64,000 nucleotides of DNA from Caulobacter sp. (GCA_046595895.1 JBKJSF010000244.1:1706-65705), one strand, 5' to 3'. Numbered from the stretch's first letter, positions 1-11,899 are shown. A program made the numbers and translations. Notes: generated from the sequence alone by a model not told the origin.

Positions 1-2
1 GC

Positions 3-1711
<1,709 letters not shown>

Positions 1712-1715
<4 letters not shown>

Positions 1716-2386
1716 CGGCCCGCCGCGCCGTCCTTGGCCTCCTGGTTCTCGGCTTGGTCCTGGCTGGCCTGCCGCGGGCCGCCTTGGCGGCCGATCACCC
1801 GACGGTTCGCCAGGCCAGCCTCGAGAGCGAGAACGCCTCGGCCGACACCCGCCGGCTGGCCGCCTGGATCTTGGCCACCGGCGACGGCCAGGACCTGCCG
1901 TTCCTGATTGTCGACAAGGTCGCGGCCCGGGTCTTCGCCTTCGACAGCCATGGCCTGCTGCTGGGAACCGCCCCGGCGTTGCTGGGCGCAGCGCGTGGCG
2001 ACGACCTCGCTCCAGGCCCCGCCGACCGCCCCCTGTCCGCCATCGCCCCCGGCGAGCGCATCACCCCGGCTGGCCGTTACGTGGCCGCCAGGGGCGCAAA
2101 CCTTTCGGGCAAGAACATCCTCTGGATCGACTATGCCGCCGCCATCTCGCTGCACCCGGTCGTTCCCGGCATCCCCTCCGAGCGCCGCCACCAGCGCCTG
2201 ACCTCGCCGACCGCGGAAGACAACCGCATCTCCTATGGCTGCATCAATGTGCCGGCCGCCTTCTACGACAAGGTGGTGCGCGGCCTGTTCGCCACCAGCG
2301 TCGGCATTGTCTACATTCTCCCGGAGACCCGCTCGCTGGAGTCGGTGTTCTTTGCCGCCCCCGATGGGTCGTTCCCCGGGAGATAG
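1712..2386 (+). CDS. L,D-transpeptidase (YkuD-fold) family protein, secreted
   Basis: TTG start overlaps the upstream TGA (ATTGA). Sec signal MTARRAVLGLLVLGLVLAGLPRAALA-ADHP. H-x13-SYGCIN matches the LDT catalytic signature (S/T)-x-G-C-h-N. Confidence 0.7.
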
Positions 2387-2567
2387 CTAAGGCTGGAGAG
2401 TCACCCCCGGCCCGGTCCCCGGCCAGAACAGCGCGGCGCCGGCAACTGGACGGCCCGGTGATTATTCTCCCGTCCGCCCTGCGCGCCCATCGACGAGCAT
2501 TTCGCCCTCTGCTACCGATGGCTGAGCGACGCCATTGGGGGACGGCGCGGAGGCTGGGGGGCTTTGC

Positions 2568-5500
2568 GTGGTTGACGTCACGGGGACGGCCGGCAGCGAT
2601 GTGCTGACCGGGACGGGGTCAGCCGATGCTCTGATCGGCGCTGACGGCGATGACCGGATCCGCGGCGGCGGGGGCGATGACACCCTGGTCGGCGGGACCG
2701 GGGCCGATGTGCTGCAGGGCGAGGGCGGCGCCGACATCCTGGAAGGTGGCGTGGGCGCCGATCGGCTCGAGGGTGGCGAGGGCGACGACACCCTGCGTGG
2801 CGGCGAAGGGGGCCGACGTCCTGCACGGCGGGGCGGGCTACGACACCCTGACGCTCGGCTTGGGGGCCGACACCGTGGTGTTCCAGCGCGGCGATGGTGG
2901 CGACACCATCACCGATTTCAACCCGCTTGAAGACCGCATCGAGGTGCGAGACTACGCTGTCGCGGTGTCGATCTCGCCTTACGGCCAGGCCACCCGGATC
3001 GAGTTCGGCAATGGCGATTCGCTGATCATCAACGGGGTGACGCCGGCCCAGCTGACCGCCGCCAACCTGGTCTTCGTGCCCGGTCCGGCGGCGCCGGCCG
3101 CACCTCCGATCCCGGCCCCGCCCAATGGTGTCACCCTGCCGATCACGACGCTGGCCGACGTCTATATCGGCTCCATCTTCACCAGCTATTTCACCAGCGG
3201 ACCGGCCTACACCCTCGACGCCTCGAGTTCCTTCGTTCCGACCCCCTCATTTTGGAACGCCGGGACGGTGGTGTTCCGCGCCAGTTCAGCCACGGGGGTC
3301 GTCAACTCCGGCGGCCGCGACTACGCCTCATCCCTGTACAATCAGGCGGGGGCCGTGTTCCGGGTGCTGGCCACGGCGGGCGATGCCTGGGGCCAACGTG
3401 GCTATACCTACGCTGCGGCATTCATCAATGACGGCACGTTCGAAGTGGTCTCGACACAGGGCGCCGCGACAGGGGTCTACCAGTATTTCGGTCGTTCGGT
3501 TTCCAACAGCGGGATCCTGACGGTCTGGGCCAAGACCACCGCAACCGGCGTTGGTTTCGGCTACGGCGGCCCGCTCGAAAACTCCGGCCTCATTGAGGTG
3601 TACGGAGGAAACGGCGCGGTCGGCTACAACGGCTCGGGTTGGTTGTTCAACTCCGGGACCATCCGGGTCAGTGACAGCAATTCCGCCATCGACAGCACCG
3701 CCATCCAGTGGGGCAGCCAGGACGACATCGGGACCGCCCTGGTCAACACCGGCACGCTGGAGGGCGACTACGCCTTCCGCGTCGGCAAGGCGGGCAATTT
3801 CTACGAGGGCGACGCCAGGGAACTGCTCGACAACAGCGGCCAGATGCTCGGCAAGGTCTATCTGGGCCTGGGCGCCGACGAGCTGCGCAACAGCGGCCTG
3901 ATCCGGGGCGAGGTCGATCTGGGCCGCGGCGACGACCTGCTGGCCGGGGCCATGGGCCGGGTCGAGGGCGTCGTCCTGGCCGGCGAGGGCAATGATGTCG
4001 TCCAGTCGGGCCTGGCCAACGATGTGGTGCACGGCGGCGAAGGCTACGACACTGTCGACGGCGGCGAGGGCGACGACTTCATCGACGGCGGCCGGGGCAA
4101 CGACCGGCTGTTCGGCGGGACGGGGATCGACACCGTCTCCTACGCCACGGCCCTGGGCGCGGTCAGCGTCGACCTGACGGCGGGTTTGACCACCGGTCCC
4201 AGCAACCACGACGCCCTGTCGGGCTTTGAGACCGTTATCGGCTCGCGCTGGAACGATACCCTGCGCGGTTCCGCGGCGGCCGACACCCTGCGCGGTGGGG
4301 CGGGGGACGATACCCTGCGCGGCGAGGGCGGGGCGGACGTCCTGGCCGGCGGCCGGGGCGCGGACACCCTGACCGGCGGGGCCGGAGCCGACTTTTTCGA
4401 CTTCACCGCCGGCGACGGTGCTGACACGGTCACCGACTTCGCGGCCGGAGCCGACCGGTTGCGTATCTTCGGATACGCTGCCTGGTCATCGCTGGTGCAG
4501 GAGGGCGCCGACACCCGCGTCATTCTGTCGGCCACCGACGCCCTGCTGATCAAGAACGTCCAGGCCGCCAGCCTGACTCCGGCAGCCTTCCTCTTCAGCG
4601 CCACGATCCCGGCCTCCACCCTGCCAACCACCCCGGCCCTGTTCTCGGACGGACCATTCCAGGTCGCCGCTGACCTCTACATCCAGCAGGGCGAGACGGC
4701 CGCCTTCGTCGGCGAACGGGTCGCCCTGTTGGTCGCCGGCGCCAGTTCGGCCGCCACCATCGTGGTCGATGGCCTGTTCTCCGCCACCTCGCTGGTCTCG
4801 GCCAGCGCCATCTCCGTGGATGGCTCCGGCTATCGCAGCGGCGACAACGCCGGCAACGGCATTGCCGGGCTCCGCATCAATGCGACCGGCGAGGTGCGCG
4901 TCACCGCCGCCATCGACGCTATCGGCATCGACGTGCTGCAGGGCGACTATGGCATCGACAATCGGGGACTGTTCCGTGTCGAAGGCGGCAGCAGCGCCAT
5001 GGGCCTCGACAGCCGCTATGACCTGTACTTCCAAAACAGCGGGACGTTCCAGGTGGTCTCGGCCGGAGCGGCGACCGGGATCGGCGACGGAACCAACAGC
5101 GGCGGCGGCCTCATCAACAGCGGCCTCTTCGAGGTCTCGGCCGGAACGGGCCAGGCGCTGGGCTTCGGCTTCGATAGCGCTGGCGAGTTCTGGTTTGACA
5201 ACAGCGGCACGTTCCGCGTCACCGACAACACGGCCGTCCTGAAGGCCGTCGCCATCCAGTTCGAGCATGTCTACCAGCGCTCGGCGGTGGTGAAAAACAC
5301 CGGCCTGATCGAGGCCGAGGTTGCCATTCTCGACAATTCGGCGGCCACCTTCCCCTCCGTCGACTACGTCGATAACAGCGGCACGATCCGCGGCGACATC
5401 CTGTTCAAGGGCGGCGACGACCATATCCGCAACAGCGGGACCCTCCAGGGCCGCATCGAACTGGGCGAGGGCGCCGACCTCTATTACGGCGCCGGCGGCA

Positions 5501-8500
5501 CGCTGATCGGCGGTGTCTTGGGCGGGATCGGCGCCGACCGCCTGCTCGGCGGCGACGGGGTGGATACCTTCGACGGCGGCGACGGCGACGACCATCTGGT
5601 CGGGGCCGGCGGCGCGGACCAGCTGACCGGCGGCGCCGGCGTCGATCGCTTCTACGTCGGAACGGGCGGCGGCGCCGACGTCGTCACCGACTTCGTGGCC
5701 GGGACCGACCTCATCGGCCTGACCGGGGTGACCACCCAGTCCATCGTCCAGTCGGGCGCCGACGCCCTGATTACCTTCAGCGGGGGCGGAACCTTGCGCC
5801 TGTTGAATGTGCAGGCCTCTCTGATCACCCCAGCCGCCTTTTTCAGTCAGATCGGCAGCCCCATTTCGATCCCTTCGGCGCTTCCGGCCCTGGCGGACCT
5901 GCGCGAGATCGGCACGCCGCAGGACCTGGACACGCCCTATGTCAGCGGCGGGATCAGCGGCATCACCTACACGATCACGGCTGGGACCAGCGGACGGGAT
6001 GGCCTCGACGGCCTCCACGGCAACGACCGTCTGCAGGGGCTGGATGGCGACGACTTCCTGAACGGCGACGCGGCGGCCGATTGGCTGGAAGGCGGGGCGG
6101 GTACGGACCGGCTGTTCGGCGGCACAGGCGACGACGTCCTCGACGGCGGGGCTGGCTCGGACACCATGACCGGAGGCCAGGAGGGCGACGTCTTCAAGTT
6201 CGCCGCTGGCAGCGGCATTGACCTGATCACCGACTTCCAGGTCGGGGTCGACACCCTCGACGTCAGCGCCCTTGGTGGTTTGCCGACCTGGGCCCAGAGC
6301 GGCGCCGACACCCTGGTTACCCTGGCGGGCGGCGCCCAGGTCCGATTGAAGAACGTCAAGGCGACCAGCCTGACCTCGGCCAGCTTTATCACCAACGTCG
6401 CGCCGCCGCCCCCGCCGCCGCCGACCTATGCCCTGAAGCTGGGAACCCATCTGGCCGAAAGCCTGTCGGGGACCGCCGCCCGGGACCGCATCGAGGGCGA
6501 CTCCGGCAACGACGGCATCAACGGCGCCGGCGGCGACGACCTGCTGATCGGCGGCAACGGCGATGACAGCCTGAACGGCGCCGGTGGCAGCGATATTCTG
6601 ACCGGTGGCAACGGCCGCGACCGCTTTGTCGCCGGCGCAGGCGGCGGCGCTGATACCATCACCGACTTCCAGATCGGCTTCGACCGGATCGATGTCTCGA
6701 CCTTCGTCGGCTATCAGAGCCTGGTGCAGGACGGCGCGGACACACTGGTCACCGTCGCCGACGGCGTCAGCTTGCGCTTGCTGGGCGTCACCGCCTCTCT
6801 GGTCGGCGCCAGCAGCTTCATCGGCCTCACCCCGCCGCCTCCGCCTCCGCCGCCGCCGCCGACTTTCGCGCTGCAGACCGGAACCTCGGGCGCCGACGAC
6901 CTGCACGGCACGGCCGGCCGCGATCAACTGGTCGGGGCTGGCGGCGACGACAACCTGTTCGGCGGGGCCGCCAACGACCTGCTCGAAGGTGGCGACGGCG
7001 ACGACAAGCTGAACGGCGGCGAAGGCGCCGACGTCCTCACCGGCGGGGCCGGCGCGGACCGCTTCGTGATCATGTACACCAACAACGGAACGGACTCGGT
7101 CACCGACTTCCAGGTCGGCGTCGACAAGATCGACGTCACATACTTCAGCGGTTACCAGAGCATCGTTCAGGACGGCGGGGACACCCTGATCACCGTCGGC
7201 ACGGGCGCGGCGGTACGGCTGCTGGGCGTCACCGCCTCGACGATAACCGACGCCAGCTTCCTGGGCCTGCCACCGCCGCCGCCGCCGACTCCGGAAGGCT
7301 ACGACCGCCTGCTGCTCGGAACCTATGGCGCCAACACCCTGAACGGCGACGCGCGCAAGGATGTTATTCGCGGCCTGGAGGGAAATGACACCCTGGGCGG
7401 CCTCGGCGGCAATGACCGCCTCGAAGGCGGCGATGGCGCCGACAAACTCACCGGCGGCGACGGCGACGACATCCTGGTCGGCGGGGTCGGCCAGGACACC
7501 CTGACCGGCGGCGCCGGCGCTGACGTCTTCGTCTTCGGCCCCGGCGACGGGCCCAACACGGTCGCCGACTTTGTGCAGGGCGTCGACCGGCTGGATGTCA
7601 CCGCTTACGGCGGCTACGCCAGCAAGAGCCAGCTGGCCGGCGGGGCCAAGATCCTCTTCAGCGACGGCGGTTACGTGGTGCTGACTGGCGTTCAAGCCGC
7701 CAGCTTGACCGACGCCGACTTCATCGGCCTCGGCGCACCTCCGCCGCCACCGCCGCCACCCCCTCCGCCTCCGCCGCCGCCTCCGCCGCCGCCGCCTCCG
7801 CCGCCACCTCCCACAGGGCAGGTGATCCCCGGCGATGAGGCAACGCTGACGGGCAACGCCTCGGCCAACACCATCAGCGGCACGGACCTGTGGGAGACCA
7901 TCCAGGGACTGGATGGCAATGACGCCCTGAACGGCCTTGGCGGGTCCGACCGCCTCGAAGGCGGCCTGGGGGCCGACAAGCTGTTTGGCGGCGATGGCGA
8001 CGACGTTCTGGTCGGCGGCGCGGGCCAGGACACCCTAACCGGCGGCGCGGGGACGGACATCTTCGTGCTGGCCACCGGCGACGGGGCCAACACCATCGCC
8101 GACTTCCAGGACGGTACCGACCTGATCGACACCTCCGGCTACGGCGGCGTCTACAGCTCCATCGTGCAGATGGCCGGCGGCGCCAAGGTCGTGTTCGCCG
8201 ACGGCGGCTACGTCACCCTGACCGGCGTCCAGGCGACCAGCCTGAGCGCGGCCGACTTCATCACCGGCGTCAGCCCGCCGCCACCACCACCACCTCCTCC
8301 TCCGCCACCGCCACCGCCGCCACCCCCTCCTCCGCCACCTCCGCCGCCACCGCCTCCGCCACCACCGCCTCCCGCGGCGCCCGGCTCTGAGCGGACGTTG
8401 GTCGGCACGGCCAGCGCCAACACGCTGAACGGCGATGACCGCTGGGATACGATCCAGGGTCTGGACGGCAATGACACTCTGTACGGCCTGGGCGGTTCCG

Positions 8501-8871
8501 ACAGGCTCGAAGGGGGCCTTGGCGCTGACAAGCTGTTCGGCGGCGATGGCGACGATGTGTTGATCGGCGGCGCGGGTCAGGACACACTGACCGGCGGCGC
8601 CGGTGCCGACATCTTCGTGCTGGCGCCGGGCGACGGGGCCAATACCATCACAGACTTCCAGGACGGCATCGACCTGATCGATGTCGGCGGCTACGGCGGC
8701 TACGTCTCGATCAGCCAATTGGCGGCTGGAGCGAAGGTCATCTTCGCCGACGGCGGCTACGTGATCCTGACCGGAGTACAGGCCTCAAGCCTGTCGGCGG
8801 CCGACTTCATCGGCCTGCCGGCGCCCATGCCGGCCGAGCCGCCGAAGGGCGGGGGAGACTGGCTGGTCTGA
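2568..8871 (+). CDS. Giant RTX-type (hemolysin-type calcium-binding repeat) modular secreted protein. It needs a frame correction at the G5 run 2808-2812, so it may be a frameshifted pseudogene or a sequencing error
   Basis: Dozens of GGxGxDxL nonapeptide repeats. Nine D-x-[IV]-[TA]-D-F...G-x-D-x-[IL]-D domains. Polyproline linkers. RTX repeats upstream of 2808 read in the frame of ORF 2535..2930 and continue seamlessly in the frame of ORF 2650..8871. Start is GTG 2568 or TTG 2535 (uncertain). Confidence 0.8.
7738..7812 (+). repeat. P25 linker-coding tract inside the RTX giant
   Basis: 25 consecutive Pro codons (mixed CCG/CCA/CCT/CCC) counted in frame. Confidence 0.9.
8275..8373 (+). repeat. 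P33 linker-coding tract inside the RTX giant
   Basis: 33 consecutive Pro codons counted in frame. Confidence 0.9.
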
Positions 8872-8970
8872 CCTGACGGCCGATGGCGGTTGCGGGACCG
8901 CTTGCCGCCGGATGTCTATTGCTGTTCAACGAACGCGTTGCGTCGTTCCAGCCCTTGCGAGGAGATCACC

Positions 8971-9393
8971 ATGCGCGTGCTGATCCTGGGCCTTGTTGGC
9001 CTGCTGCTAGCCGGACCGGTCCTGGCCGCGCCCGCCAACCCCGTGCTCTACCTGACCAGCGCCGAACCCTACGTCGCCAATGGCCAGGCCTTCGTCCGCT
9101 ACCGGTACGCTGTTCTCAACAATGCCACCTACCCGGCCGAGATGTTCAGTCCGGCTCCGGCGTTGCCGCCCTGCGGGACCAACACCAATTCCGCGCGATC
9201 CTGGGTCGACTTCTACGATTCCCGTGGCAAACGGCTCTACGGCTTCTGCGCCCTCGGCTCGCCCGCCCAGCTCGACCAGCTGTGGTTCGCGGCTCCTGAG
9301 GGCGAGGTGCCGCCCAGCTACGTCTACATCGAGATCACCGACCGCCAGACGGGGACGAAATACCGGTCGAATCTCGCGGAGACGACCCTCTAA
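8971..9393 (+). CDS. Hypothetical small secreted protein (140 aa, two Cys)
   Basis: ATG 8971 preceded by GAGGAG. Signal peptide MRVLILGLVGLLLAGPVLA-AP. High GC3. No family recognised. Confidence 0.6.
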   Translation: MRVLILGLVGLLLAGPVLAAPANPVLYLTSAEPYVANGQAFVRYRYAVLNNATYPAEMFSPAPALPPCGTNTNSARSWVDFYDSRGKRLYGFCALGSPAQLDQLWFAAPEGEVPPSYVYIEITDRQTGTKYRSNLAETTL

Positions 9394-9730
9394 GCAGGCT
9401 GGCCAATGGCGGGCATGGGATAATGGAGCACCGCTTCGATAAGCCACAAGCTCCGGTGACCTCCTCATGCCCAGCGACCCGTCCGCCCTGCGGCGTCTAC
9501 AAAAGTCCCATCCAGGCATAACGCCTGCGCAACGCGAAAGCGCATGTGAGGCGAACCAGAACGCTATCCGATCACTATCCGACCCATACATTTCTGACAG
9601 CGATACGGGCGATCGACGCAGACCCAGTGCGTTGAAAAGGCTGATAAAACACCTACGCGAAGAGACTTTCGAGCGTGGCTCGCCTAAAAGCTCGATTGTG
9701 GAGCAAGATACGGCTTCGTATTTTCGTTCG

Positions 9731-10399
9731 ATGACCGCCGATTCGGAACGCGCACTCCACTCCCCAGCCGGCCGTGGCGAAGGCTCCAAGCGCGCCCGGA
9801 CCCGCCGGGCCCTGGCCACCGCGGCCGCCGGGTTGATCGCTGAAAAAGGTTGGGACCGCACTTCGCTCGACGAAATCTGCGCCCGCGCGGGGATGACCCG
9901 CGGCGCCTTTCACGGCAATTTCGAGAGCCGCGACGCCCTGTTCCTGGCGGTGATGGAGCAGGAGACCACGCCGGTGTCGGTGCAGTTTCAGCCCGGCGCG
10001 TCGCTGAAGATCCAGATGCGGCTGCTCGGCGAGGCGGTCTACGCCCATTCTCGCGAACGCCTTTCCCGGGCCGGCCTGACGGCGGCCATCCAGCTGCATC
10101 TGCTGACCCGCCCCGACCTCTTGCGGGCCCGGGCCGAGGCCACGGCGGCCGGCTGGGTCAGCATGGCCCGGGGCTTTGCACGGCTGGTTCCGGCTGGGTC
10201 GTTGCCGATGCCGGCCGAGCGCTTCGTCAAGGTCATCGACGCCCTCACCGCCGGCCTGACCACCACCTACTTCCAGGCCCCGGACCTCGTCGAGAAGGCC
10301 GACTTCATCGCCGCCTTCGAGGCCCTGGCGGGCGCCCCGGCGGCGCCGGTCTGGCCCGGCGGCCATGCGGTTTCGCCCAGCCCGGTGCGGCGCTGGTGA
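9731..10399 (+). CDS. TetR/AcrR family transcriptional regulator
   Basis: N-terminal HTH RTRRALATAAAGLIAEKGWDRTSLDEICARAGMTRGAFHGNFESRDALF. The ORF upstream of ATG 9731 is lower-GC and non-coding in appearance. Confidence 0.85.
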   Translation: MTADSERALHSPAGRGEGSKRARTRRALATAAAGLIAEKGWDRTSLDEICARAGMTRGAFHGNFESRDALFLAVMEQETTPVSVQFQPGASLKIQMRLLGEAVYAHSRERLSRAGLTAAIQLHLLTRPDLLRARAEATAAGWVSMARGFARLVPAGSLPMPAERFVKVIDALTAGLTTTYFQAPDLVEKADFIAAFEALAGAPAAPVWPGGHAVSPSPVRRW

Positions 10400-10432
10400 C
10401 CGGTTTGCCGTCCCAAGCGTTAGGGTGAGATC

Positions 10433-11002
10433 ATGAAGCACGTCCCCAACATTCTCACCCTCGGCCGGCTGGTCCTGACCCTGCTGGTGTTCCTGGCTCT
10501 GGTGGCCGGGGTCAGCAGTCCGGGGGCCGGCCCGCCGCTGCTGCACTTCGCCTTCTGGGGCTTCGTGATCGCCGGGGCGACCGACTTCCTCGACGGATGG
10601 CTGGCTCGCAAGTATCAGGTCGAAAGCCTGACAGGCGCCATTCTCGACCCCATCGCCGACAAGGTGCTGGTGGCCGGGGGCATCGTTGGCCTGGCCATCC
10701 ACGGGGACGTGACAGCGGCCCTGACCGGCGGCCTGATCCTGTTCCGCGAGTTCTCGGTCAGCGCCCTGCGCGAGGTGTTGGCCCCGCGCGGCCTGCGGTT
10801 GCCGGTGACCACGCTGGCCAAGTGGAAGACAACCCTGCAGCTGGTCGCCCTGTCCGCCGCACTGCTGCGGCTGACCCAGCCGCACTGGATGACCGGCTCC
10901 ATCAGCCTGGGGATCGACATTTCGCTGTGGCTGGCCGCCGCCGTCACTGTCTGGACGGGCATCGAATACGGCCTGGCCGCTCGTAAGGCGCTTAAAGGTT
11001 GA
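10433..11002 (+). CDS. pgsA: CDP-diacylglycerol--glycerol-3-phosphate 3-phosphatidyltransferase (CDP-alcohol phosphatidyltransferase family)
   Basis: Motif DFLDGWLARK...G..LDPIADKV (D-G-x2-A-R-x8-G-x3-D-x3-D), about 6 hydrophobic segments, 189 aa. Confidence 0.88.
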   Translation: MKHVPNILTLGRLVLTLLVFLALVAGVSSPGAGPPLLHFAFWGFVIAGATDFLDGWLARKYQVESLTGAILDPIADKVLVAGGIVGLAIHGDVTAALTGGLILFREFSVSALREVLAPRGLRLPVTTLAKWKTTLQLVALSAALLRLTQPHWMTGSISLGIDISLWLAAAVTVWTGIEYGLAARKALKG

Positions 11003-11005
11003 CCC

Positions 11006-11899
11006 TCACGACATCGGGTTGGCTGGCGGGCTCGGTTCCGGCAGGGGGATGAACTCGTCGTGGTCGAGGTCGGGCAGCTTCATGCGGCCGGCCCGCCAGT
11101 CGGCCTTGGCCTGGTCGATGCGCTCCTTGCTGGAGGAAACGAAGTTCCAGTCGATGAATCGGGGTCCGACCGGCTCGCCGCCGAACAGCATGACGGTGCT
11201 GGGTTGGAGGGCGGTCACGGGAATGGTCTGGCCTGGGGCGAAAACGGCCATCTGGCCGGTGTGCAGGGTCCGGCCGTCGATATCGACGGAGCCCTTGGCG
11301 ATGTAGGCGGCGCGTTCGGGGTATTCGGCCGACAGGGCGGCGGTGGCTCCGGCGGCCAGTTCCCAGTGGACGTAGAACAGGGGGGAGAAGACGGGAACCT
11401 TGGCCTGCGCGCCGAAGGCCTTGCCGGCAACCAGCCGGGCGCTCATGCCGCCCCCTTCGTAGAAGGGCAGTTCGTCATTGCCTTCGTGGTGACTGAAAGC
11501 CGGGGCGGCCTCCTCGGACTCGGTGGGCAGGGCCAGCCAGGTCTGGATGCCGTCCATGCGGCCGCCGCCTGCGCGAAGCTCTTCGAAGCGTTCGGAATGC
11601 GTGATGCCGCGCCCGGCGGTCATCCAGTTGACCTCGCCCGGGCGGATAACGATCTCGCTGCCGACGCTGTCACGGTGGGTCATCGAGCCCTCGAACAGGT
11701 AGCTGAGGGTCGAGAGGCCGATGTGGGGATGGGGCCGCACATCGACGGTGCGCGGAAAGCCGGGTTGGAACTGGGCCGGGCCCATATGGTCGAAGAAGAT
11801 GAACGGGCCAACCATCCGGTGCGGCGCGTAGGGCAGAACGCGCCCCACCTCGAAGCCGCCGAGGTCCTTGCGGCGCTGGTCGATGACGAGTTCGATCAT
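11006..11899 (-). CDS. Pirin family protein
   Basis: HPHIGLSTLSYLFEGSMTHRDSVG...MTAGRGITHSER cupin/pirin motifs. ATG 11899 preceded by GGAGGG. Confidence 0.9.
   Translation of the reverse strand: MIELVIDQRRKDLGGFEVGRVLPYAPHRMVGPFIFFDHMGPAQFQPGFPRTVDVRPHPHIGLSTLSYLFEGSMTHRDSVGSEIVIRPGEVNWMTAGRGITHSERFEELRAGGGRMDGIQTWLALPTESEEAAPAFSHHEGNDELPFYEGGGMSARLVAGKAFGAQAKVPVFSPLFYVHWELAAGATAALSAEYPERAAYIAKGSVDIDGRTLHTGQMAVFAPGQTIPVTALQPSTVMLFGGEPVGPRFIDWNFVSSSKERIDQAKADWRAGRMKLPDLDHDEFIPLPEPSPPANPMS

Noticed and set aside
2808-2812. The G5 run as a programmed frameshift or phase-variation switch.
   Set aside because: Five residues is short for slipped-strand phase variation, and I see no slippery heptamer or downstream pseudoknot. 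Sequencing error or a simple mutation is more parsimonious. It is kept as a finding only because it needs checking.
4486-7695. 1069-aa minus-strand ORF antisense to the RTX gene. Similar very long antisense ORFs lie at 14637..17999, 24904..27963, 40673..42964, 51490..53532 and 60587..63055.
   Set aside because: All lie exactly opposite strongly supported genes. Their translations are low-complexity (Arg/Gly/Ala/Asp-rich) with no motifs. Long stop-free antisense frames are expected at this GC content.
2568-8871. Periodic DNA repeats that could superficially suggest a CRISPR-like or satellite array.
   Set aside because: The periodicity is that of coding RTX nonapeptides and protein modules. 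There are no constant direct repeats with unique spacers and no cas genes.
9467-9730. N-terminal extensions offered by the ORF track: TetR from 9467, GGDEF from 35132, TBDRs from 53782 and 60062, queD ORF to 24590, asnB-like from 30486, pdxH from 38317, PEBP to 12645, pirin to 11947.
   Set aside because: The extensions lack signal or domain logic, are Arg/Pro-rich or lower-GC, and often overlap neighbouring genes or terminators. Internal starts with Shine-Dalgarno-like sequences give family-typical lengths.
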